Assembly: GCF_006345805.1 (NCBI RefSeq) | Contig: NC_043002.1 | Coordinates: 111,104,001 to 111,168,000 of the forward strand | Length of the DNA: 64,000 nucleotides | Direction of reading: 5' to 3' | Source: Octopus sinensis | Taxonomy: Eukaryota | Shown here: one piece after another, positions 1 to 12,809 of the stretch | How the letters are laid out: every line of letters begins with the position of its first letter | How positions within the stretch are numbered: the stretch's first letter is position 1 | Program-made: the position numbers and the translations under genes | The notes under the pieces: generated by a model | What the model saw: the letters and a program-made list of their open reading frames with translations, nothing else | Told to the model about the DNA's origin: nothing | The model's database searches: none

Positions 1-870
1 TCTTACACTTATGAATTCCTTCTCTGTTGAAGTGAAAAAATTTTTCTCTCCTCCAGAGTTGTTGGATGAACAAGTAATAATATACTACTACTTCATGCTA
101 GCTAAAGTTGATTTGGAGTCACCCCACAATCTCCTGCTCCTTTCCTTCTTTCTTTCTCACCCCCCCCCTCTCTATTTTTTTTATGGGAACTAGTCACACA
201 ATATGATCTTTTATGTTGAGAATGCCCTTCCCCTCCCTCTCAGATTATTCTCTTGGTTTTTTTCTTCTTTCTTTTTTGGCACTTCTGTTTTCTTCCCCAC
301 CCTGCCAGGTGTGAGGGTGGGCATTTTTTTTTTCTCATTCTTTCATTTACAGATCTTCCTTCTCTCTTCTTTTTACTCAGTCTTTTCCTCCCTCCCACTA
401 TTTCTGTTTCCCCCCCCCTGTCTCTCTGCCCCTCTCTTGCCATACACATTTCTGGTGAATTTTTTTTTTATGTTCAAAAACTATTTAGAAATACTGCTAG
501 ATTTGCCCACATTTTTTCTTCCCATGACACTGTTTATAAAAAGTCTTTTAGTATTGATAGCAGGAATTATTTAAGTTGCTTCCTGCCATTCCTCTTTTTT
601 CTTCTTTTACTGCCTTAAAAACCATTATTTCTATGCATTGAGAGCATATCCTCAGAAAAATTAAGCCCATATCTCTTTAATTGTTACAGTGTTATATTGC
701 TGGCTAAGTTGAAATTGTTGATACCTTTTGCTTGCAATATCTTTTTCTTATGTTTTGGCAGAACCAAAACACCATAGGAAAAAATCTTTCAAGAACTGAG
801 ATGATAATTCACAAGTATGGCTCAGATGAGAGCAAAGATGATGTCTTCAACAATATGACAGTGCTAATGT

Positions 871-1640
871 TACTATAATGGGCATTATGTCTGTCTGTCT
901 GTCTGTTACCTCTTCTTCCGTCAAACAGCTGGACCAATGGTCACGATGTTTTTGAGGATTGCAAAGGTGGTAATCAGGAAGGTTTTTAGCAAAAAAAAAG
1001 AAACAAAAGTATGATTATTTGGTGGATATTGAGGGTAATTGTTCAGTTTACGGGCATAAAAAAATAAATTTAAATTAAGGGGGAGATAATTAAAAGAGGC
1101 AAAGGGAAGTCAACTTACTATAATGGGCATTATGTCTGTCTGTTCCTTTTTCACGGTCAAATGGGTGGATCAATGGTCACAATGTTTTTTATTATGAAAG
1201 AGGTAATCAGAAAAAATGCGAAAAAGTATGATTATTTATTGGATATAGAGTTTTGTATTAATAAATCCCCTTTAATTTTTCTCTTTTTTTAATTCCGGCG
1301 ACGAGGATTAACTCTGGATTCTTCCCCCGCCATATATTTTGTGAATTTAGAGGGTTTAGATTTGTGACACTATCCCTTATTTCGCATTGTAGATGGGCAG
1401 ATTCCTAAAGATTCCACTCACATATTCACAGCAAACAAGGCACAGGGTCAGACTTTAGATTGTGTAGGTGTATTTTGACACAAGGACAGTTATACGTCAC
1501 TATGTGTAGAGCAACAGACTCCAGTAATTGGAAAATTAGTGTTGATAAGAGTATATTATCTGGAAAGAAGTTTTGTAATCGTACTGAGATTATTGAAAAG
1601 AATATGATTCATGATTTAAATAAGGAAATTTGTGAACTTT
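871..1640 (+). mobile_element. Decayed Helitron: duplicated 5'-like segment and helicase C-terminal relic
   Basis: 1425-1520 reads FTANKAQGQTLDCVGVF* then (frameshift) QGQLYVTMCRAT, like the PIF1/Helitron motifs TINKAQGQTL..VG and HGQLYVALSR. actataatgggcattatgtctgtctgt begins at ~871 and again at ~1117. Confidence 0.7.
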
Positions 1641-1727
1641 GAATGTATAGGAGTAGCATAAGATAGTGTAAACAACTAAAATAAAAGTAATAAAAAAAAT
1701 AGTGTAAACAACTAAAATAAAATAAAA

Positions 1728-1959
1728 AAGGTGGCGAGCTGGCAGAAACGGTAGCACACCAGGCGAAATGCATAGCCGTATTTCGTCTGCCCTATGTTCT
1801 GAGTTCAAATTCCGCCGAGGTCGACTTTGCCTTTAATCCTTTCGGGGTCGATAAATTAATTACCAGTTACACACTGGGGTTGATGTAATCGACTTAATCC
1901 GTTTGTCTGTCCTTGTTTGTCCCCTCTGTGTTTAGCCCCTTGTGGGTAGTAAAGAAATA
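1728..1959 (+). mobile_element. SINE family B (tRNA-like head, Nin/Deu-like core)
   Basis: A-box-like tggcagaaacgg, B-box-like gagttcaaattcc, core gccgaggtcgactttgcctttaatcctttcggggtcgataaattaatacc; same family as 56703-57120. Confidence 0.85.
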
Positions 1960-3269
1960 AAAAAAAAATAAAATAAAAGTATATCGAAATAACATTTTTT
2001 CTTTTTATACTTTTTATGTAGTGGTCAAATGAAGGTCTGGCTTTCATTAGGATGGTCCACATAACCATTCATGATACAGGGGCTGGGAGCCTATTTCAAT
2101 TCGGGGAGTGAATCGTTATCACATGTCACTTAGCCACAGGCACATGTCATACAACTGCAATAGAATACTGTATCACCAACAATAATGGGATTTCTCTAAG
2201 ACATCACCCAGTAAACTATCAAGTTCGGTTACACATTTCTCAATACTTACTACTGTTATGACTTCCCTCTCTCGTTTTATTGCTCCATTGTAGTTGGATA
2301 GATTTGCTAGTACCGATAATGATTATTTCTCACTTAAGCACATGTCCATAAATTTTGGGAAAGTGTATGATAAATTAAATCAAACTCCAGTAATTGACTG
2401 GCGCTTTCTTTTTTTTTTTTAGCTCCAGAAAATTAATGGGCAAAGTTGAATGTAACCAAATAGCAAATATATTTTGTGTTTTGTCTGGCATTCTGCAGAT
2501 TCTGTTTTCTTAGACTGGCCACTGAGTCACACCTTGTACTTATTCCTTCAGTGAATGCAGCATGTCTCAATTGTTTGAAAATTTTCTTTACAATCACCAG
2601 ATACCAAGTTTACTTCCACTGGCTTGAGTTATCCTAAGTTGTTTTAGTAAAGTTAGGTAAGTGGAAATTGTGTGGAAGCCTATCAGATCCATTGTATCTT
2701 TAATTCAGCCTTATCTCTCTCCTCCACATCCATGTCCATTCAATGAGGAGACAATTTTGTTCAAACATCGCAACACTCTTCAGTGAAACTGATGAATTGC
2801 CAGTTTTACTGATTATATTTGGCCTGGAAGAATAACCTGCATAGTTCACTCAAGTAGAGAGATTTTCTGACAAAAACATTACATTTACAAACACTTCAGT
2901 TTATGTAAGTAGATTATTTTCTTTTTTGTTAATGAATTGTATTCACTTAATCAGTGTCAGATCACGGCAATGATAGACTGCACTTCTGTTCAAAGTTTAA
3001 CAGTCAGAACAGAATGTAATATGTTAGAGGCATTATAAAAGGCTTCTGTACAGCCCTGGGTTCTCAAGCTCTAAACACTGGGCTTGCTGTATATAATATA
3101 TAGTTCAGCTCAGCATTTAATACAATATCTAAAAGTATTTTTGTTTCTGACCAAGTCATAATCATTTTGTATGGAAACATTCTAAATGATTAGTATATAA
3201 TTACACATAATTTCTCATTGGTTTAGAAGTGCTTGCAAGGTAAATTTTCCAAGGAATTTTCCTATGTCT

Positions 3270-3680
3270 TTAGTCTTTTAGTCTTTTATTTGTTTCAGTC
3301 ATTTGGCTGCGGCCATGCTGGAGCACCGCTTTTTAATCGAGCAACTCAACTCCGGCACTTATTCTTTTGTAAGCCCAGTACTTATTCTATCGGTCTCTTT
3401 TGCTGAACCGCTAAGTAACGGGGGACATAAACACACCAGCATTGGTTGTCAAGCAATGCTGGGGGGACAAACACAGATACACAAACACACACACGCATAT
3501 ATATATATACATATATATGACGGGCTTCTTTTCAGTTTCCGTCTACCAAATCCACTCACAAGGCTTTGGTCGGCTCGAGGCTATAGTAGAAGACACTTGC
3601 CCAAGGTGCCACACAGTGGGACTGAACCCGGAACCATGTGGTTGGTAAACAAGCTACTTACCACACAGCCACTCCTGCGC
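3270..3680 (-). mobile_element. SINE family A (tRNA-derived, ~400 bp)
   Basis: Reverse complement of the consensus aggcgcaggagtggctgtgtggtaagtagc...ggttcagtccc...(ta)n(tg)n...gactgaaacaagt(aaaagag)n; A-box and B-box in the head. Confidence 0.92.
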
Positions 3681-4649
3681 ATATGTATCAGTTTTGTAAC
3701 TGAATATGCTGTAATAACCATTGTCTTCAGAATTGATTATAAATTCTTGAACTAAACAGCTTTTTTGTTTATACTGGCAGAGTTTTAAAAATGCAAGAGA
3801 AAAATACTCTTAATTTTTGTCTTTATCAATGTTACTCATCAACTATTTACAGATATCAGCAGGTCAACGAGGACATGATACATTTATTTTGATTATTTTC
3901 TCTTGACTATTTCTACTATTATAAGAAAGTGTAAGGAATATTTACTTTTAATAAACATTCTAGTTGGGAAGAGTTTCTTCATAAATTCTAAGAAATTAAA
4001 ATGTCAAAAAAAAAAAAAAAAAGGAAGAGAAAAAAAAAAAAGCATTCCCAAGAATTTCCAATGCTGCTTTTACAGGGAAAGTAAACATTTGTGCCATGAA
4101 TATTTCTTTGGAAAATATCTGTTGCTCTCTCTTACAGCTGATTAAATACAATAATTAGAAATCTGAATCAGCTAAGCCCAGAATAAACAGTGAAAGAGGT
4201 GTGTTTGTTCTAACAGTTTGATTATTGTTTTTAAGGAAATTGCTTGAAGTATATTAAAAATAAAAAAAATAAAAAAGAGAAATAACTACCATCCAATGAC
4301 TCTGAGACATCAGTGTAAAATTAGTAATTGTTTTTTTTTTTGTGTTTTTTTTTTTTATATTTTAGATACTGGCTAATTATTTACTTTCAGGAGTAGAGCA
4401 AGTGATAGTGATACAATAAAATACTTTATAGGCTCAACTGTATATTTGCAATTTTTTTATGGTCACAACTGAACATTTGTCTTAAAGGTTTCCCTTAGAA
4501 TAGAAGTATAATGAGAGCTTTTTAAGGATTTCTTGGACAATCTTCTAATCATGATCATTGAGTTACAGAAAGTTTGACTTAGCTTTTTTAATATCAGTGT
4601 GATATTCACATAGCAGCACTCTTTCTTTTTAAGGGTCCCCTGATCCTTT

Positions 4650-5850
4650 ATCTGGTGATGAGTGGCTGGTGAGATTGTACAAGCCATGTACACAGATGCT
4701 ATCAGTAAGGTGAGGATTGGCAATGAGTACAGTGAAGAATTCAGGGTACAAGTAAGGGTTCACCAAGGATCGGTTCTAAGCCCTCTCTTGTTCATCATAG
4801 TCCTCCAAGCAATAAGAGGAATTTAAGACAGGCTGCCTCTGGGAGCCCCTCTATGCTGACAACCTTGTTCTCTTATAGTTAAATCACTACTAGAACTAGA
4901 GAAATTCCTGGTATGGAAGCAAGGTCTAGAATCGAAGGGCTTTAGAGTTAACCTAGCAAAAACCAAAATCTTAGTAAATAGGAAGGCAGACAAATCACAA
5001 GTCCCTGTTCGATCTGTAGAAAAGGTGTAGGTAGTAATCTGTTAGATGTTCCTGGCATAAGCTTTGGCCATAAAAGGTGCAGCAACATCAGAGGAAGGTT
5101 AACGGAGAAAATAGCTTTTGTGTGTGGTAGATGCATAGGTACAATAAACACCAAAAATGTACAGAAAATAGACTCCACCAACAGCCATGGGGTTAAGCTA
5201 GAGGTAGTAGATAGCTTCTGTTACCTAGGTAATCAAGTTAGTAGCGGAGGTGGATGCCCTGAGAGCATAGCTATGAGAATAAGATTAGGCTGGGCAAACT
5301 TTAGAGAGCATCTACCTCTGCTAGCAACAAAAGGCTTCTCTCTCAGAGTGAAATGCAGATTGTATGATGTCTGTGTGCAAACAGCTATGCTACATGGCAG
5401 TGAAACATGGGCTGTGACATCCAAGGACACGCGTAGGCTTGAAAGAAATGAAGTCAGTATGCTTCAATGGATGTACAATGTCAGTGTGCGTGTTCGACAG
5501 AGTGTAAGCATCTTTTTATGTGCAGGTGGCATGTAAAAAGCACCTTCCAAACATTGAAAGTGGTTGATCCCCTTTCAGATGTTGGGCCTCACAAAGGCAA
5601 TGACCTTTGGCATTATGTTGTGCTTCGGAAGAAGACCCATCAAGCCAAGTAAAACCATGGTTGTGACAGATACCAGTGTCATACTGGTGGTGCACAAAAG
5701 CACCCATTTCACTCTTGGGGTGGTTGGCATTAGGAAAGGCATCAGGCCATAGAAACAAGCTAAAACAGACTGGAGTCTAGTGCAGCCAGCCCTGGTCACA
5801 CTGTCCAACTCATGCCAGCATGGATAACAGACATTAAATGATGATGATAA
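4650..5850 (+). mobile_element. RTE-clade LINE, 5'-truncated relic with RT/C-terminal ORF fragments, 3' UTR and (GAT)n tail
   Basis: EYSEEFRVQVRVHQGSVLSPLLFIIVL, LYADNLVL (YADD decayed, ~4852), FCYLG, RIRLGWANFREHLPLL, LHGSETWA; ORF end ...LRKKTHQAK* near 5652; tail ccagcatggataacagacattaaatgatgatgat. Confidence 0.9.
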
Positions 5851-6071
5851 CATATTTGTTGCATCATGTGAACTCAGCCTAATAGTCACATGATCATTAC
5901 TATTTAACATCGTTAGGATTTTGCTGTAGGGACATGGTATGCAAAGAACCACGTCTACTGCTTTACTTAGTTGTGGGACAACATTACTGAACTTGAACAG
6001 ATATCTTGTCTACTGTAATGGTAACAAAAATGAAATTTGGGGCAATACAGTAAATAATTTAACAGAACATA

Positions 6072-6473
6072 AGGAGTGGCTGTGTGGTAAGTAGCTTGCT
6101 AACCAACCACATGGTTCCAGGTTCAGTCCCACTGCATGGCATCTTGGGCAAGTGTCTTCTGCTATAGCCCCGGGCCGACCAATGCCTTGTGAGTGGATTT
6201 GGTAGACGGAAACTGAAAGAAGCCTGTCGTATGTATGTATATATATATGTATATGTGTGTGTTTGTGTGTCTGTGTTTGTCCCCCTAGCATTGCTTGACA
6301 ACCGATGCTGGTGTGTTTATGTCCCCGTCACTTAGCGGTTCGGCAAAAGAGACCGATAAAATAAGTACTGGGCTTACAAAGAATAAGTCCCGGGGTCGAT
6401 TTGCTCGACTAAAGGCGGTGTTCCAGCATGGCCGCAGTCAAATGACTGAAACAAGTAAAAGAGTAAAAGAGTA
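6072..6473 (+). mobile_element. SINE family A
   Basis: Full match to family A consensus with aaaagagtaaaagag tail. Confidence 0.92.
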
Positions 6474-6541
6474 TATTACAATGCATACTAGTTGGGAATA
6501 CTTCTTGTAAATATGACTGTCGTAAGTAGTTAGAAGTTGGC

Positions 6542-6579
6542 CAGAGATATGGACAAAGTTAACTTTGTCCATACCTCTG
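6542..6579. repeat. Loopless palindrome
   Basis: tatggacaaagtt|aactttgtccata (6548-6573) is perfect; extends to cagag...ctctg with one mismatch. Confidence 0.9.
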
Positions 6580-7011
6580 ACATTGGTGAGAACTGATATT
6601 CAGAAAGAGTAAATGTTTATCAGGAGCATTCAACTACTTTCTCACGAATGGAAATAACAACACAGCTTTACTGTCAGCACACCCATGTGAAAGAAGCTTG
6701 TGTCTCTTAGATGTGACTATTTTGAGATATACCTACAATACTGAACTCTGGTTTCCCCTCACCCCAGACTGATAAATCTTTCACCTTTTGCAACATTAAA
6801 TATTACAAAGCTCTTAGCATACTTCAGAACTTTACTTCAAACTCCTGTGTCCACTATGACTTTTCCTATTCATAGTACATCTGTTATCAGAACAGTTACA
6901 TTAAATTGCTGTTTGCTCTGACCATAGAACACCACCACAGCTGCATCTACTAGTCATTCTTGTCAAAGTCAGTTTTTCCCATGTATTGCATATTTATTAC
7001 TTTACATATTG

Positions 7012-7289
7012 TATATATAAAAGTCAAGTTGTGTGTCTGTCTCCTACGATTTAGATTCATAACTACTCCCACATTTTGCGGTGCAGTTTAACCAAAACCG
7101 GGTATCTTATAGTCGTGATTCATATCGAGCCCTTCTGGGTATTAGCACGCGTCTACGATGAGTCTACGATTTAAAAAAAATTTACCGTCATTTTTTCCAT
7201 TTTAATGCATTTTTTTGCTATAACTCTCTAAAAATGCTTATGTGGTTATTTCCCTTACAAACCCGAGCAACGCCGGGCGATACTGCTAG
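7012..7289 (+). mobile_element. Non-autonomous Helitron, family D
   Basis: 3' hairpin cccgagcaacgccggg then CTAG (7286-7289)|T; 5' tatatataaaag..ttgtgtgtctgtc, TC terminus not intact. Confidence 0.85.
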
Positions 7290-7464
7290 TTGTATGTATT
7301 TAAAGTTTCAATAACTTAAATATATCCTTGTGAGCAGAGTGAAACAATAATAACATTCTGTCTTTTAATAAAGACATATTTTCTCTGTTGTTCTTATTCT
7401 CCAGGTTTTTTTTCTCTTTGGTTTTGAGAACTTGAAAATGTTCATGGAGAAATCTTTTCAACTT

Positions 7465-7650
7465 TAGTCACAAGACGTGAATTTGGTGGGAGGGGACTAG
7501 TCAATTACATTACCCCAGTACTCAACTGGTACTTATTTTATCGACCTTGAAAGGATGGAAGCAAAGTTGACCGTTGTGACATCTGAACTTCCTATGTATA
7601 GACAGACGGAATGTTGCTAAACATTTTTCTCTGGCATACTAATGACACTG
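7465..7650 (-). mobile_element. Diverged SINE family B-like copy
   Basis: ccccagtactcaactggtacttattttatcgaccttgaaaggatggaagcaaagttgacc is the reverse complement of the B core. Confidence 0.65.
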
Positions 7651-7919
7651 CTAGAGAAGATACATTTACTCTAAAAGTAATATTTTTATGATGGTTTCAT
7701 GGAGCATAGCTATAATTATTGTGACCATTATATTGCACATATACATACATTTATTGTCTACTGTGTACATTTATAAAGCTAGTGGTCTCTAAAATACTGA
7801 GTTAAGTAACTTTTCTTGGGTGTATTTTTTGAGTTGTTTAAAGTTATCTTAATATTTCTTGAAATAATTCTTTTCACAAATTTCTGTTGATCTTTTGAAA
7901 AGAATTGTTCAGTTCATGA

Positions 7920-8284
7920 ATGGTTCCGGGTTCAGTCCCACTGCGTGGCATCTTGGGCAAGTGTCTTCTGCTATAGACCCGGGCCGACCAATGCCTTGTG
8001 AGTGGATTTGGTAGACAGAAACTGAAAGAAGCCTGTCGTATATATGTGTATATATATGTGTGTGTATATGTTTGTGTGTCTGTGTTTGTCCAACTAGCAT
8101 TGCTTGACAACTGATGCTGGTGTGTTTACGTCCCCTTCACTTGCGATTTGGCAAAAGAGACCGATAGAATAAGTACTGGGCTTACAAAGAATAAGTCCCG
8201 GGGTCGATTTGCTTGACTAAAGGCAGTGCTCCAGCATGGTCGCAGTCAAATGACTGAAACAAGTAAAAGAGTAAAAAGAGTAAA
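7920..8284 (+). mobile_element. SINE family A, 5'-truncated
   Basis: Starts at atggttccgggttcagtccc; rest matches consensus. Confidence 0.9.
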
Positions 8285-8545
8285 TGGTTGAATTGCAGTA
8301 TAAAAAGGAAGGAAAGAGGTTACATTCATATCATTGCAACCTTGCATGTTTTACATATTTTTCTGTCACATGTTCACTATTATTTATCGTGGCTGTAGAA
8401 GTTTGGTTTATGTAAATTAATAAAGAACTTCGGATGAATGCTTGACTGTAAGGCTTCATTACTGTCTCCATCAAAACTATGAATGATTTTGTGAGATTTT
8501 AGTTGATTGATATAAAGAAACACCAATATATAAAATTACAGATAA

Positions 8546-8980
8546 ACGTCGATATAGAACCGCATCCGACGACAGGCACCCATGCCAACCCCCTTTGCTT
8601 GCGAAGACATGTTGGGGCAAGTGAAATCGAAATCGAATTGAACCAGCCAGGACCCCTGGACTGGTGGTACGTAAAAAGCACTATCCGACTTGTGGCCGAT
8701 GCCAGAGCCGCCTCGACTGGCTTCCGTGCCGGTGGCACGTAAAATGCACCAATCTGACCGTGACCATTGCCAGCCTCGCCTGACACCTGTGCAGGTGGCA
8801 CGTAAAAAGCACCCACTACACTCACGGAGTGGTTGGCGTTAGGAAGGGCATCCAGCTGTAGAAACATCGCCAGATAAGACTGGAGCCTGGTGCAGCCTTC
8901 TGGCTTCCCAGATCCCCGGTCAAACCGTCCAACCCATGCTAGCATGGAGAACGGACGTTAAACGATGATGATGATGATGA
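8546..8980 (+). mobile_element. RTE LINE 3' end (family C) with 3'-UTR minisatellite
   Basis: ORF-end gaagacatgttggggcaagtg, repeated gtggcacgtaaaa(a)gcacc units, tggttggcgttaggaagggcatccagctgtagaaac, tail gttaaac(gat)n. Confidence 0.9.
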
Positions 8981-10544
8981 CATCCTCCAGAATCTTAATT
9001 ATATTGAAAATTAATTGAAACAACAAAGGCAGACTATCCATTAGAAATATAACCATGGAAGACCATTTTGGGAACGAGAGACATGGAGTTTGTTCTGCAA
9101 TTATGTCTTTGTTACTTTTGGAGACTGGCTTCATCGAAATTTAGTTCATGCCACATTGGTTGTGTTTCTCTTTGTTATTGAACTGGAAGAGTGATGCTGA
9201 ATGTGTCTAGAGGTGCCTCAGAAGTGTCAAGTTTATAACACTAGAACATTGATAAAAGGAAAAGGAAGATAAACTTCTGAGAGTTCTACAGAAAATTAAC
9301 TATGACTACATTTAATACTACATGGTTTAGTGGTTTTTAAATCGTGATCGTTGAAAAGAAATACAAAAACGTCAGTTGGCCATAACTTCTTGCCTATAGT
9401 CACCCGTATTCAATTTGGCAGAAATTAAATAACAGCTAATTTTTATTGTTATTTTTAGTTGTAATAAATGTATCAATTAAACATTTTCCTTTGGTCTCCA
9501 TCTAATTTAAACTATAATATTAATTGTTGTAAGCCTGCTTTAATCTTTTGACCTCAAATATTGACTTGCACTCACACACTCACACTCTCTATTTCTTTCT
9601 CTCTTTCTCCCCCTCTCTCTCTCTCACACACACACAAAATCAAATTATCTCTGAAATTAGTCTCAGAAATCCACCTGTTATAAATTGGAGTAATTTCTAT
9701 TATCTTTTTTTTTTCAATAATGAAAATGTTAGATGTTACTGTTTCTGATTGGAAGATTAGCTTCATGTTTCAAAGTAATTTTCTTTTATAAATGGCTTTA
9801 GTTTTATACATTATCTTTGGAAATGATTTCTTTCTGTTTTCCCTCTTCCTACTCTTTGGAATATTTAAAGAGGAGTAGCAGCAACAATAATACTACAAAT
9901 GCATCAGATATTTGATAATAAACATGGGCATGCACACACACATACACCTTATAAATGGGGATATGTATATATATCTTGAGTAATTATAATTTGTAATACT
10001 TAGTTTTGGAGTTGCATGGCAGTTGAAATGAAGAAGTCAGTGCGATGGAGGATAAGAAATCTGGTCACTGCATCTTCTCTATTTAAATTGCTTCCATTAG
10101 GAAAGGAATATGTTTCACAAGAAACAAGGTGCTGTTATCATGTATTATTTTGGCACATAACCACAAATTATTGTGAAAGAGAATGGAGAATTATGGGTAT
10201 TTTTGCCTTCCACATTGGTATTAAGTATTGTAAGGAAAATGTATTGGTTCTAACTTTTATTTGAGATACATCATAGACTTAGCTCAGCAAATGCTCAATA
10301 TTCTTGAACCTAATTATAATTCCTAATATAGACACAAGGCCATAAATTAGAACAGGAGTAGTTGATTAAATTGATTTAGCACTAGATTAGTACTTTTCTT
10401 TTATTTCCCAACTCCACTAAGATGAATAGTGAAGTTAACGGTAAAGGTATTTTGTTCACTTTGCAATCGAGTCAGCTTTCCAGCAATAGTATAATGTATA
10501 ATATCATTTTAGACCTAATGATTTTAATAGTGATTTAACGAGCA

Positions 10545-10685
10545 CAGGAGATGGTAGAACCAGTAGGATGTAAGACAAAATACCTTGTGGTATTTATGTT
10601 TGTAGTTCAGATCCCTCCCATGTTGAGTTGCCTTTTGTGCTTCTGTGTTGATACAATAAGTGCCAGTGAAGTAAAACCATCAAAG
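10545..10685 (+). mobile_element. Highly decayed SINE B-like copy
   Basis: Residual ggtagaa..aaaataccttgtggtattt..gagttgccttttgtg..gatacaataagtgccag similarity. Confidence 0.4.
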
Positions 10686-10748
10686 TGGTACCTCTGTGAA
10701 GTAAAATCATCAGTATCATCATTGTTTTTTTTTATATATATTTTATAT

Positions 10749-11146
10749 AGGCGCAGGAGTGGCTGTGTGGTAAGTAACTTGTTTACCAGCCACATGGTTC
10801 CGGGTTCAGTCCCACTGCGTGGCATCTTGGGCAAGTGTCTTCTGCTATAGCCTCGGGCCGACCAATGCCTTGTGAGTGAATTTGGTAGACGGAAACTGAA
10901 AGAAGCCTGTCGTATATATGTATATATATGTGTATGTGTGTGTATGTTTATGTGTCTGTGTTTGACCCCCTAGCATTGCTTGACAACCGATGCTGGTGTG
11001 TTTACGTCCCCGTTACTTAGCGGTTCGGCAAAAGAGACCGATAGAATAAGTACTGGGCTTACAAAGAATAAGTCCCGGGGTCAATTTGCTCGACTAAAGG
11101 CGGTGCTCCAGCATGGCCGCAGTCAAATGACTGAAACAAGTAAAAT
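10749..11146 (+). mobile_element. SINE family A
   Basis: Full match to consensus. Confidence 0.92.
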
Positions 11147-11767
11147 AGTATGGTTTTCATGGGCTGTTTTTTTTTTTTTTTTGAGCAGTGTTTTTTGGTC
11201 AGATGTTTCTGTTACCACCTCCTTTGGTTACATCATAGACAGCAGGAACACTGTGTACCTACATAATTGTTTGTAATCTTTATATTATGATACTATTTAG
11301 AAAACCCCAAACTAGCCCCTAAATGACTGAAATATTTTGCCAGCATCTATCAAATATTCCGTTGATCTTTATATAATGACATATTGGAGATCTCTTTATA
11401 TGCTTATTTATTTCTGTAATTTTTATAACCAAAAGGGCAATTCTGGGCATAGTTTAAAACAGCAGTTCGACTGTTTTGTACACAAATCTAGTTGTCAGTG
11501 TCACGATCTCAGCATTCACACTTCCAAACCCACAGTTGAAGAGTCGAATATAAAGCCAGTTCTGTATGTTTCTGTTGTGACTCATGATTTCCCTTGTTCG
11601 GATTTCCTATTTAAGCATGGAAAGTAGTGAGAATAGTCAGTCATTAAGTATCATTCCTCTGAAATTTGCTACTTATTTGGGAAGGAAATTTATACTTGCA
11701 AATTATTTGCACAAAGATATAGAAGGGAAATATCTGTTACTATGTATGTAATTGTAAAATGACTTGT

Positions 11768-11790
11768 GAGAGAGAGAGAGAGAGAGAGAG
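11768..11790. repeat. (GA)n microsatellite
   Basis: Direct reading. Confidence 0.95.
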
Positions 11791-11809
11791 GATGCGTGTG
11801 CATACAAAT

Positions 11810-12195
11810 TGGCTAAGTAGTTACAAAGTTTGCTTTACAGTTATGAAGTCCCAGGTTCATTCTGCTGTGTTGTATATATTAGGCAAGTGTTTTTTACTAT
11901 AGTTTTAGGTTCAGCCAAGCCTTTGAGTGAAATTAACCCTTTAGTGTTCGCATTATTCTGCCAAAATTAATGCCTTTTCATCCACGTTGTTTTGAGCTAA
12001 TCATGCATTATCTTGTAGCTATGAGATTTCAATGATGTAGCTGTTAATTTTTAAAACGATATTGTAGGGTTGGTGTGAGAGACCAGATCTGGCCAGTTTG
12101 AACATAAAACAGGCAGAATACTTTTGGCCGGATATGTCCGGTTTAAATGCTAAAGGGTTAAGGTTGATAGAAACTGAAAACCCATCAGATAGATT
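11810..12195 (+). mobile_element. Old family-A-related SINE head interrupted by the MITE at 11937-12157
   Basis: ccaggttca..ttaggcaagtgttttttactatag..gagtgaaa before the MITE; ggttgatagaaactgaaaaaccc resumes after it. Confidence 0.55.
11937..12157 (-). mobile_element. piggyBac-type MITE, family E (221 bp)
   Basis: TTAA|ccctttag ... ctaaaggg|TTAA; TSDs 11933-11936 and 12158-12161. Strand is relative to the 38706 copy. Confidence 0.9.
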
Positions 12196-12809
12196 GTACG
12201 TGTAATTCAAAAAGTTAGCTAGTTTTAACACTGTTATGCTCATCCTACCTGGGGATTACATGAAGGATATAAGTGTTTGTGGAATACTTGACCATTTATT
12301 TGATAATTAAATGACTGTTCAGTTGATCAAACAATTGGAGTACTCAAAATTAACAGGCCTATTAGTTTTACTTTGCTTTTATCCATTCATACATTCTTGC
12401 TTATAGCTGAAGCTTTAAAAAGGATGAATGTGTGTGGGGAGGGGAGACAATGTTGAAATGAAAGCAGTGCAGCCAATCTTGTATTCAAATAGTTTTAATT
12501 TGGAGTGAAAATTACTTTGGCTTAATTTTGTAACAGGAACGTATTTCAGATTAATCATGTTTGTTGATCTGTACAAATTTATTTGAAAACTGCAAGGATA
12601 GAAGGATGATTGTATGGCAGGAAGAAATAAATATGTTATGCTTTGTAAAAACATGTCTTGTAAATAAATAGATTAAAGATAGTTTGTAATTTCATTATGT
12701 CAGATATGTAATGACTTCAGAGACTCTGCATTACTAAAATAATCATGTGAAAAAAAAAACAAAAAACAATTAGTTTTTTTAATTATTCTTATCCATATTA
12801 TGCATAGTA

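Noticed and set aside
11-618. Several 60-123 aa ORFs in the CT-rich start of the window
   Set aside because: Low-complexity F/L/S-rich translations of pyrimidine tracts; no domain motif or splice support.
1664-1725. 23-bp tandem duplication tagtgtaaacaactaaaataaaa (also gtgtactaaggatat at 27300/27381)
   Set aside because: Ordinary slippage-type duplication in AT-rich DNA.
3303-3755. Recurrent ORFs such as MSSNARGTNT..., MLGGQTQTH... and MTTDAGVF... (about 40 in the track)
   Set aside because: All are chance frames through family A SINE copies, not a gene family.
6072-6140. tRNA-like sequences at SINE heads
   Set aside because: A and B boxes are present, but there is no complete cloverleaf and each continues into a SINE body; not tRNA genes.
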